Origin: Octopus vulgaris
Lineage: Eukaryota
Direction of reading: 5' to 3'
NCBI GenBank assembly: GCA_951406725.2
Contig: OX597814.1
Location: forward strand, 99,510,001 to 99,574,000
Length of the DNA stretch: 64,000 bases
Position numbers and translations under genes: made by a program. The stretch's first letter is position 1. Each line of letters opens with the position of its first letter. Below are positions 26,301 through 40,710 of the stretch, piece by piece. The notes beneath the pieces were generated by a model, which did no database searches, was not told the origin of the DNA, and worked only from the letters and a program-made list of their open reading frames with translations.

Positions 26301-27829
26301 TCATTGTCGTTCTTATTAACTTTGATCTCTGTTAGGTGATCGAGATATTAATCTCAGAGGTAGAGGCGCTAGTTCTTATATGTAAATGCTCTGATTGTCG
26401 CTATGGAAACGTTTCTTCCTGGGATTCTCCAATATATCAAAATATTTTTATACAAACAATATTCCATAAAGTCATAGGTGTTGAAATGTCGGACAATATA
26501 TTCTCTGAGAAGAATCTATTTATTCTGTATCACTTTCCCCTGAAATTTTTAGTAGCACTCTAGCCTCGTTTATTTTATAAAGTAATACTTGGAATTGCTT
26601 CTCAGCCACGCAACTGACCTGATTAAAGATGTTTGAAACATCAGTGAAACATTTGCTGATCGCAAAAGAAGAGTTAATTTACGTTTCTCAATTGCTTTGT
26701 TCCGGGTATATTCAACTTCGCATGTATTTCAACTTGTATTTTCAACTTGTCCGGTGCTCCTTTAGCTGAGCCACGATCCATCTCCTGCTCCCTCGACTCA
26801 TGAAATATTTCGAAGTTTTGGTTTCTGGGTAAAGTTTTACCAGAAAAATCTTCGTTGTAGCGTCAATGCAGCGTTTCCACGGTCTGTTAATGTAGTGAGT
26901 GTCTTAAAAGCGGAATCAATTTTTGCTAGAGCTCTGACCATATTGATGTTAACTTCACTCTGCCACAGTACATCGCCATTAAGCGGAAATAACGTTAACA
27001 AAATATAACCAAATCTTCCGCTCTTGATGCTTCTACTGTTATATTTTTACTTATTACTGCTTCATTCTTTTCTTTCTTTCCTCCTCTTAGTATAAGGTTT
27101 TCAAACAATGCTTCTCTAAAAGTAATGTTTTCTTTGCATCCATATAAGATTTCTTTTATAAAATTTTGAATGTCATATTATTACTATTGGCTTTAACTAA
27201 ACGTTTGTCGTCTGCTCCATTGATAATATGATAGCTTGATTAAGTAAAGTTTTGTGTTCCTTTCTCCTTTGTATATTTGTTGGTCATCTTTATAAAATAG
27301 TCCCTCAACAAACTATCAAATTTATTATGTTCAAGCAAACAACATTCAAAGCAAACATACTCCATAATACTTTCTCAGGTATCACGATTTAATTCTGGAA
27401 ATTTAAATGCAAAAGAAAAAAATACTAAGACATTTTCCATATCAAAGCAATCACAGGTATTGTATATGCGAACAAATCGCACGTTTCGGCTAAATACAGT
27501 TTACATTTTATTTTAGCCCAATCTCAGAGCTATATCATATCCACGTTGTTCTCTTTTGCTTTTCGTCTTTTGAGTGCTACATTAAACTATTTTTATTTTT
27601 CTCGACTTCAAGACTTAAATATGTGGAAATTGGGCTGCGATAGAATAATAGAGGTACTTTAAAACAAGAGACATATACACATAATCATACACATTCATAC
27701 ACATATGTACATATATATGTATATGTGCTTTTGCATATTTTTATATATACACATATCTGTATACATACATATAAGTGTTTAAATTTATACACACACGCAT
27801 ATATATATGTGTGTGTATGTATGTATTTT

Positions 27830-27893
<64 letters not shown>

Positions 27894-29218
27894 CATGTAT
27901 GTATATAAATTTAAATTTACAGTCTCAATTCGATATTTAGATATTCTTGCTTTTTATGATTAGTGTTAATAAAGCCGTCCCTCGTGAAGTCAATATTTTA
28001 ATATACCAAGTTATTTCCTTCTTTCTTCCTGGCAGCATATTAATCATCAAGTGTAGACAATATTCAGATATGCTCTTTATGCAGAAGCTGATCAGGTATA
28101 CATTCTGTAGATCAAGACGATCTGTAGCTAAATTAAATTCGAATACACTCTCACATATGATATCAAACTGTCTTTTAGCATCACATTCAACTAAAGATTA
28201 CAAAATGGATATTTTCCTTTGGGACATGTCTCTGAAATGGATCGAAAGATTTGAACGTTTAAAACAACAATATTTTTTTATTTTTTTATTTTTACAGAAA
28301 ATATTAATTTCATTTTCTTTAACCTGCTTATCCTGCTTTCAGTCCTTTTGGGTTTTTCTCAAATAGATTAAGATGGAATTACTATGAAAATCCCACATAC
28401 GCTTGACATTAGGAATATATGATATGAAATCACGTATCTGCAGATATTAAATTCATAAAATGAATGAATGAATTATACAATTTCAAGCAAGAATATATGA
28501 CTATAACTTAAACTCTACTTCTGGGAAATAATAAAATCATTTATTTTAGAATTGCTCCGAGTTTTATTTACTAAAGACATATTATTTATTAGAGTATATT
28601 TTTTTTCAGAAATTACATTTTGTTAATAGCACAAGATACACTGTTGTGGTTTTTAATCAGTTTATTTTTATGACATAAAATGATCCTTATACTGGGATTA
28701 TCATAACGCTTTTCTTTCATAATGAAGTATATAATAATATAGATTTTGAAATTATAAACATAAAAATCTCAACGTATTCTTATAGTTCTACATATATTTC
28801 ACTGTACAGATATACTCGGATGAATTCCGCTAATATTTTTATTAGTTGCTTCTCTATAATTAATATCAATTTTGAAAAGAAAAATGTAGACCGAGATCCG
28901 GCCTTTATTCCTAGTTAAATCATCTTATTCTCGTCACTTATAATCTTTGTAATGCATCATTCGAAGTGATGTATGTTTAATTTCCTTAATCTCTTCCAAA
29001 TATAAATTCTAACTCCGAAATTCTAACTCCTAGAGCCACATAGGATAAGATTTCAGCTCCCGTTCCTGCTTTAGTATCTTTTCTATCGTCCATAGTGTCA
29101 TCGCATTACACATTTTCAGTTCTTCCTTCCATGTCATAGGCCATTTTACAGCACTGTCATAACTGTTATTTACTGTATAAAATGCCTAGTGCGAGGGTCA
29201 TTGCGTACAATGAAAATT

Positions 29219-29445
29219 TGGCGCAGGCGTGGCTGAGTGGTAGGAATTTTGCTTCACAATCATATGGCTCCGAGTTCAGTCCGACAGAGTGATACTTTGG
29301 GAAAACTTTGTAATTGAATTTGGTAGATGGAGACTGAAAGAAGCCAATCATACATATACATATGCATATATATGTGTGTGTGTTTGTGTGTGTGTCTGTC
29401 AGTCTGTCTGCGTGTGCAAATGTGTGCGTATGTGTGTGTGTGTGA

Positions 29446-29488
<43 letters not shown>

Positions 29489-29700
29489 TGCTTGTGTTTG
29501 CCCTCCCCACTGCTTGACAATCGGAGTTATTGTGTTTACGTACCGGTAACTTAGCTGTTCTGCAAATGAGACCGATGAAATAAGTACCAGGCTTAAATAA
29601 AAAATAAACAATTACTGGAGTTGTGGCGTTCGACTAAAATTGTTCAAGGTGAGGCCCCAAATTGGCTGCAATCTAATGAATGAAACAAGTAGAAAATAAA
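29219..29700 (+). mobile_element. SINE family B, full length
   Basis: GGCGCAGGCGTGGCTGAGTGGTA head, GAGTTCAGTCC B-box-like motif, internal (TG)n, 3' TGAAACAAGTA. Confidence 0.85.
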
Positions 29701-32700
29701 GATATGTTAGAAATGTGATGAAATTGTTACGGTTCACAAAAGCCTATCGAATGACACTTCAACATTCCAGGTCCCCTACACAGGCATCTCTCTGTCTCCA
29801 GTCATATAAAAATACAACTGGTCTCCCATCTTTACTTCTTTGCCTTAAACAACAACTGATCCCTCTACTTCCATTCTTCAAAATACTATTACTATCTTCC
29901 CCACCACACATAAAAATAAACATCAACATGGGAACTGCGCACAAAAACATACACACTGCACTGACTTCATTTCTTACTCCCGTGCATGCTATGATTTCTC
30001 GACTTCCACACAAACAGCACAAATATACTTGCATATATTCGGATCTACGCTTTCTCGTATACACATATACATTAATACATACCCTCACGCAAGTTCACAG
30101 GTATAAATGCACAGATGATTTGCAACTTACAGCATATAAATGCACGCACACAACTCACAATTTGCAACATATAAACACAACTTTAAAATTTCATCACTTC
30201 TTCATCATAGCACTTTCACTATCAATCTCCTGTTTTGTTCGTTTCTTTCTGCAAGAAACTCTTGCCTCCACTTATTTCATTCCCACCATTAATCACTGGC
30301 TTCGTTTTCAGCAATCTAACTCCACTTTTTTCTGTTATAATGATATTTTAACACTCATACTTATCTCTACTTCCTTATGTTTTGACAAAGACAACTTTCC
30401 GAAAAGTCTGATTGCTTCTTTTTTTTGTTTTTGTTTTTCTGCCTTTGCATGCACTTCCCTTTCTACTGCGGTTCTCTGTTTCCCACTCCTGATTGTATCT
30501 ATGAGTCGCCAGGGATATATTTTCCTCGCGTAGACATTGAGCAAATCTTTATTAATATACTGGGTTTATTGAATATATCAATAGCGGTTTTCTTACACTT
30601 CTCATACATTTAACGAGAATATTGATTTAAAATATGTAGTAGTATATATAACATATTCTTGTGAACAAGAGAAATTATTTTGAATCAATAACTCCACTCT
30701 ATATATGCGACAACACATAATTTCATATGGAGGCATACATTATGTCGCATTTATAGAAAATATTTTCCGTTAAGTGAGTGCTTGAGTTTTGCTGAAATTC
30801 AAGGCACATAAAAAATATTCTTGTTCTGTTATAAATAATTCTGTTATACTATTTGTTATATTAAAGCTTTGTAATCTTTATAATAATGTCAAGACACATA
30901 CTTCATATTTACAAAACTGTATCTCCGAAACAATGCACGTGATTCTATATTAGAATATAAGAAAACCTGGACTTGAATACTGCTCACGTGTTTAGAATAA
31001 TAGTTCTGCACATTGAAATACCTAAGGTTACCACCCATAATTGAGTTTAGTCGGCTGATTGAGACATCACCAAGCTGCTTCAAAATTTAACTTACATTCG
31101 CTTAGTTTCTTTCATTTTTTCCGGAACATCAGTCATCACCGCTTTCAGTTTTGCAAGCATCAACCTACATATGTTCAAACGAAATATCAACCACACTGAT
31201 GTCACCAGTCTGGGAGTGTCTTCATTAGTCATCGGTGCAGCTGCCTTGCTTCCAAAGGGTTATATATAAAAAGTTTCTCATCTTCAAAATAATTTTTGTC
31301 TTTGCATTCAGTCGTCTCTCTCAGCCTGGATTTCTCTTGTTATTGATCATTCCAATTTAGTTCTTATCAAGTAAACCTATGATCAACTACCTTCTCGTCG
31401 TTATCAGCCAGTTTTTTTTCTCAGACATTGTCAAATATTTCCTATTTTCTAAGACAGGTTGTAGCCTGAGGGATATTTGGCTGCTATTTGTAGCAGGGTA
31501 AATGGTCACGAAGAGAATCTATGTATAGCGCTTATGAATCTATAAATCACGTTCATATATGCATCATACCCGTGTGTGAATGTGTAATACACTCAAAGGA
31601 TGGACGTGTATGGATGCTTATGTCACTTTGGATGAATTTATGTTCACGCGTGCATAGCAATCAGACAGTGGAGACATCTCATTCAAAAATATTCTTATTA
31701 TAAATGTCTCCAGTATATATTACTTCGAATTCTGTTTTATTCTGTTTACGAATTATTTTCTGATAAAGAATTGCTATTAAAGACAAAAGCAAAACCAAAA
31801 GAGCATAATTTAAAATAAGAATATAACAAAGAAGTAATATAACACAATAGTATCTAACAATATTATAGTTTGTTACATTTGGGTATGTTTATCGTTTTTA
31901 GCTTAATTAAAGTGATATGGGATGTTTTATTAGGAAATAAAATCCACTTCAGCGAGTGGATGGTTTTACAAACCATCGCTCTTGAGAATTATAAACTTGT
32001 TTAATATAGTTTACTAGGGCGAAAAAGATTAAGCGAAAACTGCAATTTTCGGTTAGTGCCTGTCACTAAATGAACAAACGACCGGAACATTTCGTTATTT
32101 ATGTCGATCGTATCACGATTTTCCTCAGCACTATCTTTATATATATGTACATATATATATACACACATTAGATCTTTGTTTCATTTTCTGTTAATAGAAT
32201 TTTTTGTTTTATTCTTTTGTTTGGGAATGATTTTTATTTGCTTGTTTTTTCTCTTCCATTGACGTATAAGATGTTACTAATGCGTATTTTTGTTATTCGT
32301 TATTTATCCAATTTTTTTTTAGTTCATATTTAATGTCTAAACGAAAGAGAATAAAACATTCAAGTCTTTAACAAGATTTAAAGAAGTTGACATCTGACAG
32401 CCAGTCGAAAATTAGCCGATAAAAAAAAATACTATTTGTCCACTCTTAGAGGGTGTTCCTAATTATCGTAAAGTTGAGCTTAGATTGAGTCTCAATACAG
32501 ATAAGAATATATTTAAGAGCTTCAGTTTTTGCAGCGCGGTAGGCGTTTCTTAGAGTTGAATATATATGTATATGTAAATACATATATACATACAGGCACA
32601 CACACACATTCACACACACACAAACACACACACACGTATATGAAATGTCTTATTTTTCTTTCCGTATATTCTTCGCTAAGTGATAATTCTTTCCTTCTTT

Positions 32701-34199
32701 TACACTAACTATCAACTAACATGAGGTGTATTAAATGATTTTGTTAACGTAACATATATATTTCTGTTGGAAGGAGAAAAGAAGTAAAAGAAACGAGGAA
32801 AGATATTTACAGAAAGATAAGAATTAGGAAAGAGTTGGAGATGAAAGGTCTGGTCTACCAGCTGTTTTCGATAAATTAAAACATCTTTGAAAGGCTGTTT
32901 TGCTATACATTTTTTCTTTTAGTGAATACCTGATTATTGTAATTTTTTTCTCCTACTGTTATATTGTTTAACAGCTTTTCAATGAATATTCAATGTCTGT
33001 ATTCTGAATTAAGAATGACTGATCTCGAATACAGCATGATATTCATTAAAGCAATTTGATTGACTGCTAAGCAACATTCCTTATCACTGTTCCCAGTAGA
33101 TATTAAAACTAGAATTACACGTATGTACATGTAATTATGTACATTTGTACGTATACATGTATGAATATATATGATTCATGTATACATATATATATATGTA
33201 TATGAACGTATATGTATAACAATAAAAAGATATAAACATACACATTAAGTACAGGACATCACCAACGAGCAACAAATACGTAACGAGAGACACAACGAGA
33301 GACAACACACAACGAGAGAGAATTACGGGACAAAATACCAAAAGAAATCTAACTCGTCTTCAGTTGTCGACTGTTTATTACTACCTGTTTCGTGCTTTTG
33401 CAGGGTTTTCTGCATGGTTCTTTGTTTGTATTACATGTGTAGCATCTAGCTGACCCTAATCGAGTCGAATAATTTATTAAACGCTTTCCCATTATTACAT
33501 CTTGGCTCCTAGTACCTCAGTAACTCTATTTTCCAGCACATCATTTTTTTTATTTCAGACGCTTTGAGGAGATTTACTAGCTAATTCAAATTGGTCGCAT
33601 GTACGTAAAATTCCAGTCGTTGGCTGGTAGCTATGGTGGATATCTTTTTTTTTTTTTACATACAGCGTGTGAAAAGAGCCTTTAGCTCGTAATAACTAAT
33701 GCATAATAGTTATATTATAGATATCTTTCCTCTAGGAGCGTAAGAATTGTTAGGCTACTAACTACAGGAGGTAGAGTTTGATTCCATTTTGTGTCCACAT
33801 TGTTATAAGCACTCCAGATATCCGATCTGAAAGTCAGCAGTTCTTGATCATGCGTTGCTTTCAACATTGGATTTAACTGTGAGAAATCTTGATATAGTAT
33901 TATATTTTGTAGTCAAAAAATAATTTCATAGGCGTAACTTTGACGGGCACAAGTTTTACACACTGACATGAAACATAATTGGATGTGATATTCATGCTTA
34001 CAAGTTTACAAGAAAATGTATGTAGCTTTCTAATCATCAACACAATCAACTGTAGATATAGTTACAAAGGAAAAATAAATTCAAAGGCATTGAATAATAA
34101 CATTCTTTACAATTATTTTAAATGAGGTTCTTTATTCAGATTTATGCAAAATGTATTATAAGCTTTACTATGATTATTATGTATTCATATATCATACCA

Positions 34200-34381
34200 C
34201 AGATTTCAAATTTATCTTTCATCCTTTCGGGGTCGATAAAATAAAGTGACAGACAGTTACAGATGTTAATGGCTAATCTCTACGCTTGAAATTATTATTC
34301 CTTCAATTTTACAGTGAATCGTTTATGTCGTAAACTTATCAACTCCCACGAAGTTGCTGGCGTTGTGACAAAATTTGAAAC

Positions 34382-34462
<81 letters not shown>
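34200..34462 (+). mobile_element. SINE family A fragment with (ATT)n tail
   Basis: CTTTCATCCTTTCGGGGTCGATAAAATAA..AAAATTTGAAACC followed by (ATT)n. Confidence 0.7.
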
Positions 34463-34466
<4 letters not shown>

Positions 34467-37341
34467 TAGTTTTATTTTTATAGCGTGCTTTCACTTCACT
34501 ACCGGGCGCAGCTCTGTGTGCCTTAGGTATGTGCTGTGATTTGTTGTGATGCTCTGATGGTTATTGTAAGGAAAGTGTTCTGCGTAGGATGTGTGCAGTG
34601 CCTAGTAGTGCAATTTTCTGTATGTTATATGTGTTTGTAAGTCCTGGTGCTTTTGATATGTATTTGTCTGAATATTTTTTTATCATGCCTAATGCACCTC
34701 CTATGATAGGAATTGTTTCTGTTTTTAGATTCCACATTCTAGTTACCTCTATTTTCAGGTCTTTGTATTTTGAGAGTTTCTCCATTTCTTTTAGAGACAC
34801 GTTGTCATCTGCCGGTATTGATACATCAATTAGAAAGCATTTTTTTCTTCATGATCTCTGACAACTATATCTATCTGTTGGCCTTAATTTTTCTATCTGT
34901 GTGTATCGGCATATCCCAGAGTATGGTTGCTTTCTCGTTTTCTGTGACCTTTTCTGGTGTGTGCGTATGCCATCTTTTTTCTGTTGTTATTCCATAATGT
35001 TGGCATAGCTTCCAGTGTATGTAGGTTCCAACTCTGTCATGTCTGTGAATATATTCCTTCTTAGCCAGGACTGGGCAGCCAGAGATAATATGATTTATTG
35101 TTTCTTGTTCATCTCCACATATTCTGCAGTTACTTGTTATATTTCTTCTCATTACATGCTTTTGGTAATTTCTGGTGGGAAAGCTTTGGTCTTGTGCTGC
35201 AATTAAAAATCCCTCTGTCTCTGCTTTGAGTCCTGAGCTTCTCAACCATTGCTGGGATTTTTCTTTCTCTATTTCTTTTGCGTTTAGTTTAATCCAGTAT
35301 TTACCATGAAGGGGATTTTCTTGCCATCGTTTTATCATGGTTCGTTGCTGTTCTATTTTTAGTTTGGATTTCATTTGTTTTATAGCTTTTGTTGTTTCTT
35401 CTTCTTCTTCTTCTTCTTCTTCTTCTTCTTCTTCTTCTTCTTCTTCTTCTTCTTCTTCTTCTTCTTCTTCTTCTTCTTCTTCTTCTTCTTCTTCTTCTTC
35501 TTCTTCTTCTTCTTCTTCTTCTTCTTCTTCTTCTTCTTCTTCTTCTTCTTCATATTTATGATTTCTTGTTTGTATTTGTCAGCTTCCTTAAATACTGAGA
35601 ACAGATTTTGTTTTGCTCGTGTTTTGCCGCTATTTGTATCAGTTTTCCTTCCTTCTGAAGTAGATATTTTTGTAGTCCTATGGTGGTTATTTTATAGTAG
35701 TTTTCCAGTTGTATAAGGCCTCTACCACCATCTATACGTTGTATATATAGTCTTTCTATGTCAGATTTTGGGTGATGCATCCTAGATCCTGTCATTATTT
35801 TTCTTGTTTTCCTATCTATTTTGGTCAGTTCATTTAGTGTCCAGTTAAGGATATTGTAGCTGTAACTTATAACTGGGACAGCTAAAGTGTTAATACCTAT
35901 TATCTTGTTTTTAGCATTAAGCTCTGTTTTTAGTATTGATCTAACTCGTCTATAATATTCTTTTTTTTATTTTCTCTTTCATTTGTGTGTGTTGTGTCTT
36001 ATCTAGTTCATGGATTCCTAAGTATTTGTAAGTTTGGCTTTGGTCTAATTCTTTTATTTCATTGGTTTTATCTAGTGTGATGTTGCTACTCTTAACTAGT
36101 TTTCCTGTTTTCAGGGTTACTTTGGCACATTTTCCTAATCCAAATTTCATATCTATTTCTTTGGTAAATCCATGAATTGTCTTTAATAGTGTTTCCAGCT
36201 GTTTGTCATTTGCAGCGTATAGTTTTAGGTCATCCATATATAAAAGGTAGCTGATCGTTTTGCCATAACATTTATATCCGCATCCAGTTCTATTTAGCAT
36301 ATCAGATAGAGGTGACAGTGCCAAGCAGAAAAGGAGTGGAGAGAGCGTGTCTCCCTGGAATATTCCTCTTCTAATGGGGATGGCTTTGGTTTTCATGAGT
36401 CCCTCTTTTGTTTGGAGCTGTAGCACTGTTTGCCATTTATTCATAGAGTGCCCTATGAATTTTATAATTGTTGGTGCTACTTTGTTAATGGCTAGTGTTT
36501 CGAGGATCCATGTGTGGGGGATGCTATCAAATGCCCTTTCTATGGCTGTCTTCAGTTATGGCTTTATTAATCATTAGTTGATCTTTACAGCCATATGACC
36601 CTTTGCGGCATCCTTTCTGCTCTTCTGGAAACAGGTTGTTTTCGTCCAGGTGCTTGTTCAACCTTTGCGATATCACTGCAGTAAAGGCCTTGAACATTGT
36701 AGGGAGACAGGTTATTGGTCTGTAGTTTTCTGGTTTTGCTGTCTCATTTGATTTAGGAATTAAGATGGTTTTCCCCTTCGTGAGCCATTCAGGCATTGTC
36801 TCTGGCTCTGCTAGTATGTTGTTAAGGTTTTCAGCCAGCTTTTTGTGTATTCCTGTTAGATATTTCAACTAGAAGCTTGGGATCTTGTCATGCCCAGGTG
36901 CCTTCCAGTTGCTTAGTCTTTGCAGTGCCTGGGTGACCTCTTCAGTTGTTATGGGGGTCCAAAGTTGCTCAGATGCTGAGTTTGTTGTTTTAATACTCCT
37001 TTTCTTTTGGTTGTTCGTTTGCCGACCATATTTCTCTCCAGAATTCTTCCACTTCTTCTGCCGTTGGTGCTGTAGTGATTTCTATTTTATTTTTGCCAAG
37101 TTTTTGGTAGAACTTTTTGGGGGTTGGAGTTGAACTTCTTGTTTTGTTCAAAGAAGCGCTTGCGTTTCTCATACCGGCGGATCCTTTGTGCTTTGGCAAG
37201 GATATCTTGCTTCAAATTTTTTTTTTCTCAGGTAAATCTTTTCCTGTGATGTTATATTTGCGGAGTATTTTTGTTTTCTTTTTGTTGCTCAGTAGCATTG
37301 ATTGTCTACTGATTTCATTAAGAATCGACAGATCTCTTCTA

Positions 37342-37342
<1 letters not shown>
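34463..37342 (-). mobile_element. 5'-truncated R4-clade (Dong-like) non-LTR retrotransposon: RT, zinc knuckle and restriction-like endonuclease; frameshifted
   Basis: PENYRPITCLPT, FPEEQKGCRKGSYGCKDQL, GIFQGDTLSPLLF, LLYMDDLKLY, CRICGDEQETINHIISGC, ILWDMPIHTDRKIKANR, EKLSKYKDL. Flanked on both sides by (TAA)n, the known Dong target. Confidence 0.93.
35398..35550. repeat. (CTT)n/(GAA)n tract of about 50 units inside the Dong-like ORF
   Basis: Direct reading of the sequence. Confidence 0.95.
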
Positions 37343-37399
<57 letters not shown>

Positions 37400-37415
37400 G
37401 TTATTATTATTATTA

Positions 37416-37480
<65 letters not shown>

Positions 37481-37502
37481 GTTATTATTATTATTATTAT
37501 TC

Positions 37503-37717
37503 AGGCGGCGAGCGGACAGAAACGTTAGCACGCCGGGCTAAATGCTTAGCGGTATTTCGTCTAACGCTACGTTCGGAGTTCAAATTCCGCAGACGTCGAC
37601 TGCCTTTCATCCTTTAGGGTTCGATAAATTAAGAAACGGTCAAGTACTGGGGTCGATGTAGTGGACTATCCCTCTCCCTACAAATTCCAGGCCTAGTAGA
37701 AAGGATTATTATTATTA
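37503..37717 (+). mobile_element. SINE family A with (ATT)n tail
   Basis: GGCGGCGAGCGGACAGAAACGTTAGCACG..GAGTTCAAATTCCG..AAGGATTATTATTATTA. Confidence 0.9.
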
Positions 37718-39168
37718 CTCGGAGTCTGGTTCGGACCAGATCTCCGGGTAGATAGGAACTCGGAAGAGGCCATGACTAGGGTGACCAAGCTCACCCTGAA
37801 ATGGGCAAAAGGGAAAAGGAAGCTGTCGCTAAAATGCTGGGCGAAAGTAGCGAATGCATATATCGCCTCTGTAGTGGTACTTTGTCTTAAGAAAACTCTA
37901 ACCAGATTGGAGCGCTTACTTTTCCGATTCTTATGGAAGGGTCTGGCTCCGCTGGTCAGAAAATCCATCTGCTGTCAACACACGCACAGTGGTGGTCTTG
38001 GGATGCCAGCCTTGATGATGCGGCGCTACGTCTTGAGGTTGTCGCACCTACAGAAATATCTAAATCACTTCGATGATATGGACGACGAAGATGACGACGA
38101 CGATAACGAAAATGAGGGTGAAATTGTGTGGGCATCTTTCGTGCGACACGTCTTTCCGCAGCACATCTCGTTGACAGAGCTGTAGTCAGGGGTTATAAGG
38201 TTAGACGTTTGGCATCTAGATTGCTGCCAGGAGCTCACTGCCCAAAACCGTGAGCGGGAAAACAACCCAATAGGAGGCCAGTTGAAGGTATAAGTGATGA
38301 TGGCCTAGAACTGAATCTAGGTATCGACGAGAACAGTTTGAGTATACTCTTCCAGAGGACCTTCGGGTCGAAGATCATGGACAATTTCCAAAAGCCTTTG
38401 GCTTGACAGTGCTACAGAGGGCATTGCCCGTTCGAGACCAGCGCTTCAGGCATGGAAATGCCAACAGCCGAATCTGCTTGAGATGCTTGCAAGAAGACGA
38501 AACCGTTCTTCATGCAATAATTCAGTGTCCGTGCATTAGAGAGTTGTGGGATTGTGTGGAGCAGCTGCTGTCGCGTGTAAGGCATATTAAGCTGTCTGCC
38601 AACTGTATAGTGAAAAGTCGACACACCACCTTCCCTAAGCAGAGAAGGTAGACAAATCTTTCTCTGCTTAGTGGCTGTAGCAAAAGAGGCTCTGTAGTGG
38701 ACCCGTCTGAAAGGTTTGAAGACAAGTACATTCCTATATGGTCAAGTCATCATCAGTTTCTTCAAATATCGTTTGAAGAGGAAAGTGAGGGTAGGGAGGG
38801 AGGTGCTGCCTTCTAGTGTGTTTATCAAAAGGTGAACAATAGTGACAAGACTGGTGAGACTGAATGAATCTACTCTGAATATGCTTTTCTAAGCAAGAGG
38901 AAAGGAACTGAAAGAGGGAAAGTTTTCGCGAGGTTTACCCCGGATTACTCTTGGTGGTCTGTCTCACTATTGGTGATTCTAGTTGTTTGTTTATTTATTT
39001 ATTTATTATTTCTCTACTTTCTAATATATATCCTCTGTTACATCCTTTAATGTGGTAGTATCTCCTCGATTGATGGTAGCCCCATATGTTTTTGTATTAT
39101 TCATGTGCTGTAACTCGTCCTTTGATATTATCCACCATGTCTTGGGCTCTTGAGGCCAATAAAGAAAA
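37718..39168 (+). mobile_element. 5'-truncated Tx1-like (L1 group) LINE
   Basis: LERLLFRFLWKG..GGLGMP and the zf-RVT-like RALPVRD..CLRCLQEDETVLHAIIQC. The 3' UTR ends AATAAAGAAAA, followed by (TGA)n/(ATT)n. Confidence 0.85.
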
Positions 39169-39169
39169 C

Positions 39170-39201
<32 letters not shown>

Positions 39202-39241
39202 AATGATGATGATGATGATCATTATTATTATTGTTATTATA

Positions 39242-39309
<68 letters not shown>

Positions 39310-40145
39310 CATCAAATGCTATTACATGCCAATTTAACAGGCAATTTACCCCGAAGTTTGGTGAGTACGAGCCTCCTCAAATCCATTGAATACAGCATGA
39401 CATTTTTCTACTGGATGAGAACGTGTGTCTCCCTTCTGATATGAAACCACGTAGATAGTAGTTTGGGTGCAATGCTTAATGAATGCATTACCTCAGAAAT
39501 ACTTGTTATTTTTTCCTTCTCCAATCTTTTCATCGCTCTGGCTAAGCCCTGATATTTCTGAGCTTCCTCTTTTTGTGTGTGTGTGTGTGTTTGGCATGGC
39601 TTTTACAATCAAATGGCACTGCAAAATCTATGACCTTACATTATTTGAAAGATTACAATAAACAGCTACAGAAAATACGGAGGCGTGGGGTGAAAGACAA
39701 TCAATTGCTTTGTCTCCGACTGCCCAGTCTTAGAAAATATAGTATACATGTACACAGATGTCAGCTTGCAAAAACTGGTAGTGATGCCGACATAATATTT
39801 GAACAGAAAAAGAAGTGGCATAAAAATACAACAGAGAAAGAGACTATGTATCCGATATACAAAAACATTCAGTGAGTGCAAAGCTAATCGGTAGCATCAT
39901 GTGGTAAAGAAACACCTGAATAAGAAGTTCAAAAGTCCAACAGATGATAATCTGTCAGTCTGAATGTCTGTCTCTCGCCCTCTTTCTCACGCACACGCAT
40001 AATCCAATTATAAAGATGTGCGAACAAAGATAACGACAACGTGAGAATTTAAAGCTCAAACATCTCTCTCATAACGGCCTATGAAATGTTAAAAACATAT
40101 GCAACCAATTTAGCCATCAATGACAACCTTTAGCTTCATAAAATA

Positions 40146-40710
40146 TCGGGTTGTCCGGAAAGTCCGTGCCGATTTATAGTAGCTTAACTTTCGACTTATT
40201 TTAGAACATGGTTGAATCCATAAAATAGGATTTAATTACACCTCCATTTAGATCACAGTTTAAGCTAGCTTATCGTGGAAGAAGGTTTATGTTCCTAGAA
40301 ACCTGTGTTAATTCTGTAACCCTTTAAAATGGAAGATAAGAAAGTTCATTTTCGGCACTTGATGCTTTGAGATCCAGACTAAAATTGCTGCAGCTCAGCT
40401 GGGATGTGTTACTCACCCTCCATATTCACCAGATGTTGCTCCTTCGGATTTCCACTTATTCAGGTCTCTGCAGAATAGTCTTAATGGTAAAAATTTCAAT
40501 TCCTTGGATGACGTAAAAAGATACCTTGATGAACTCTTTGCCATGAAACCACCTCAATTCTGGGACGAGAGTATTTTCATGTTAAAGGAAAGATGGAGAC
40601 GCATTGTGCAACAAAAGGATTCATATTTGGTTGATTAAGAATGTAAAGGCAAGTATTTATTGACCTTTTACTTTCCTTTAAAAATCGGCACGAATTTCCA
40701 TAAAACCCAA
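40146..40710 (+). mobile_element. Internally deleted mariner with TIRs
   Basis: TA|TCGGGTTGTCCGGAAAGTCCGTGCCGATTT ... AAATCGGCACGAATTTCCATAAAACCCAA|TA. Encodes MEDKKVHFRH and SPDVAPSDFHLFRSLQNSLNGKNF..ERWRRIV. Confidence 0.92.

Noticed and set aside
29715-30533. Longest non-TE ORF (272 aa)
   Set aside because: No recognisable motif, non-ATG start, and composition typical of AT-rich noncoding DNA.
33345-33405. Possible type II hammerhead (GAAAC before CUGAAGA on the minus strand)
   Set aside because: Could not draw convincing helices I and III.
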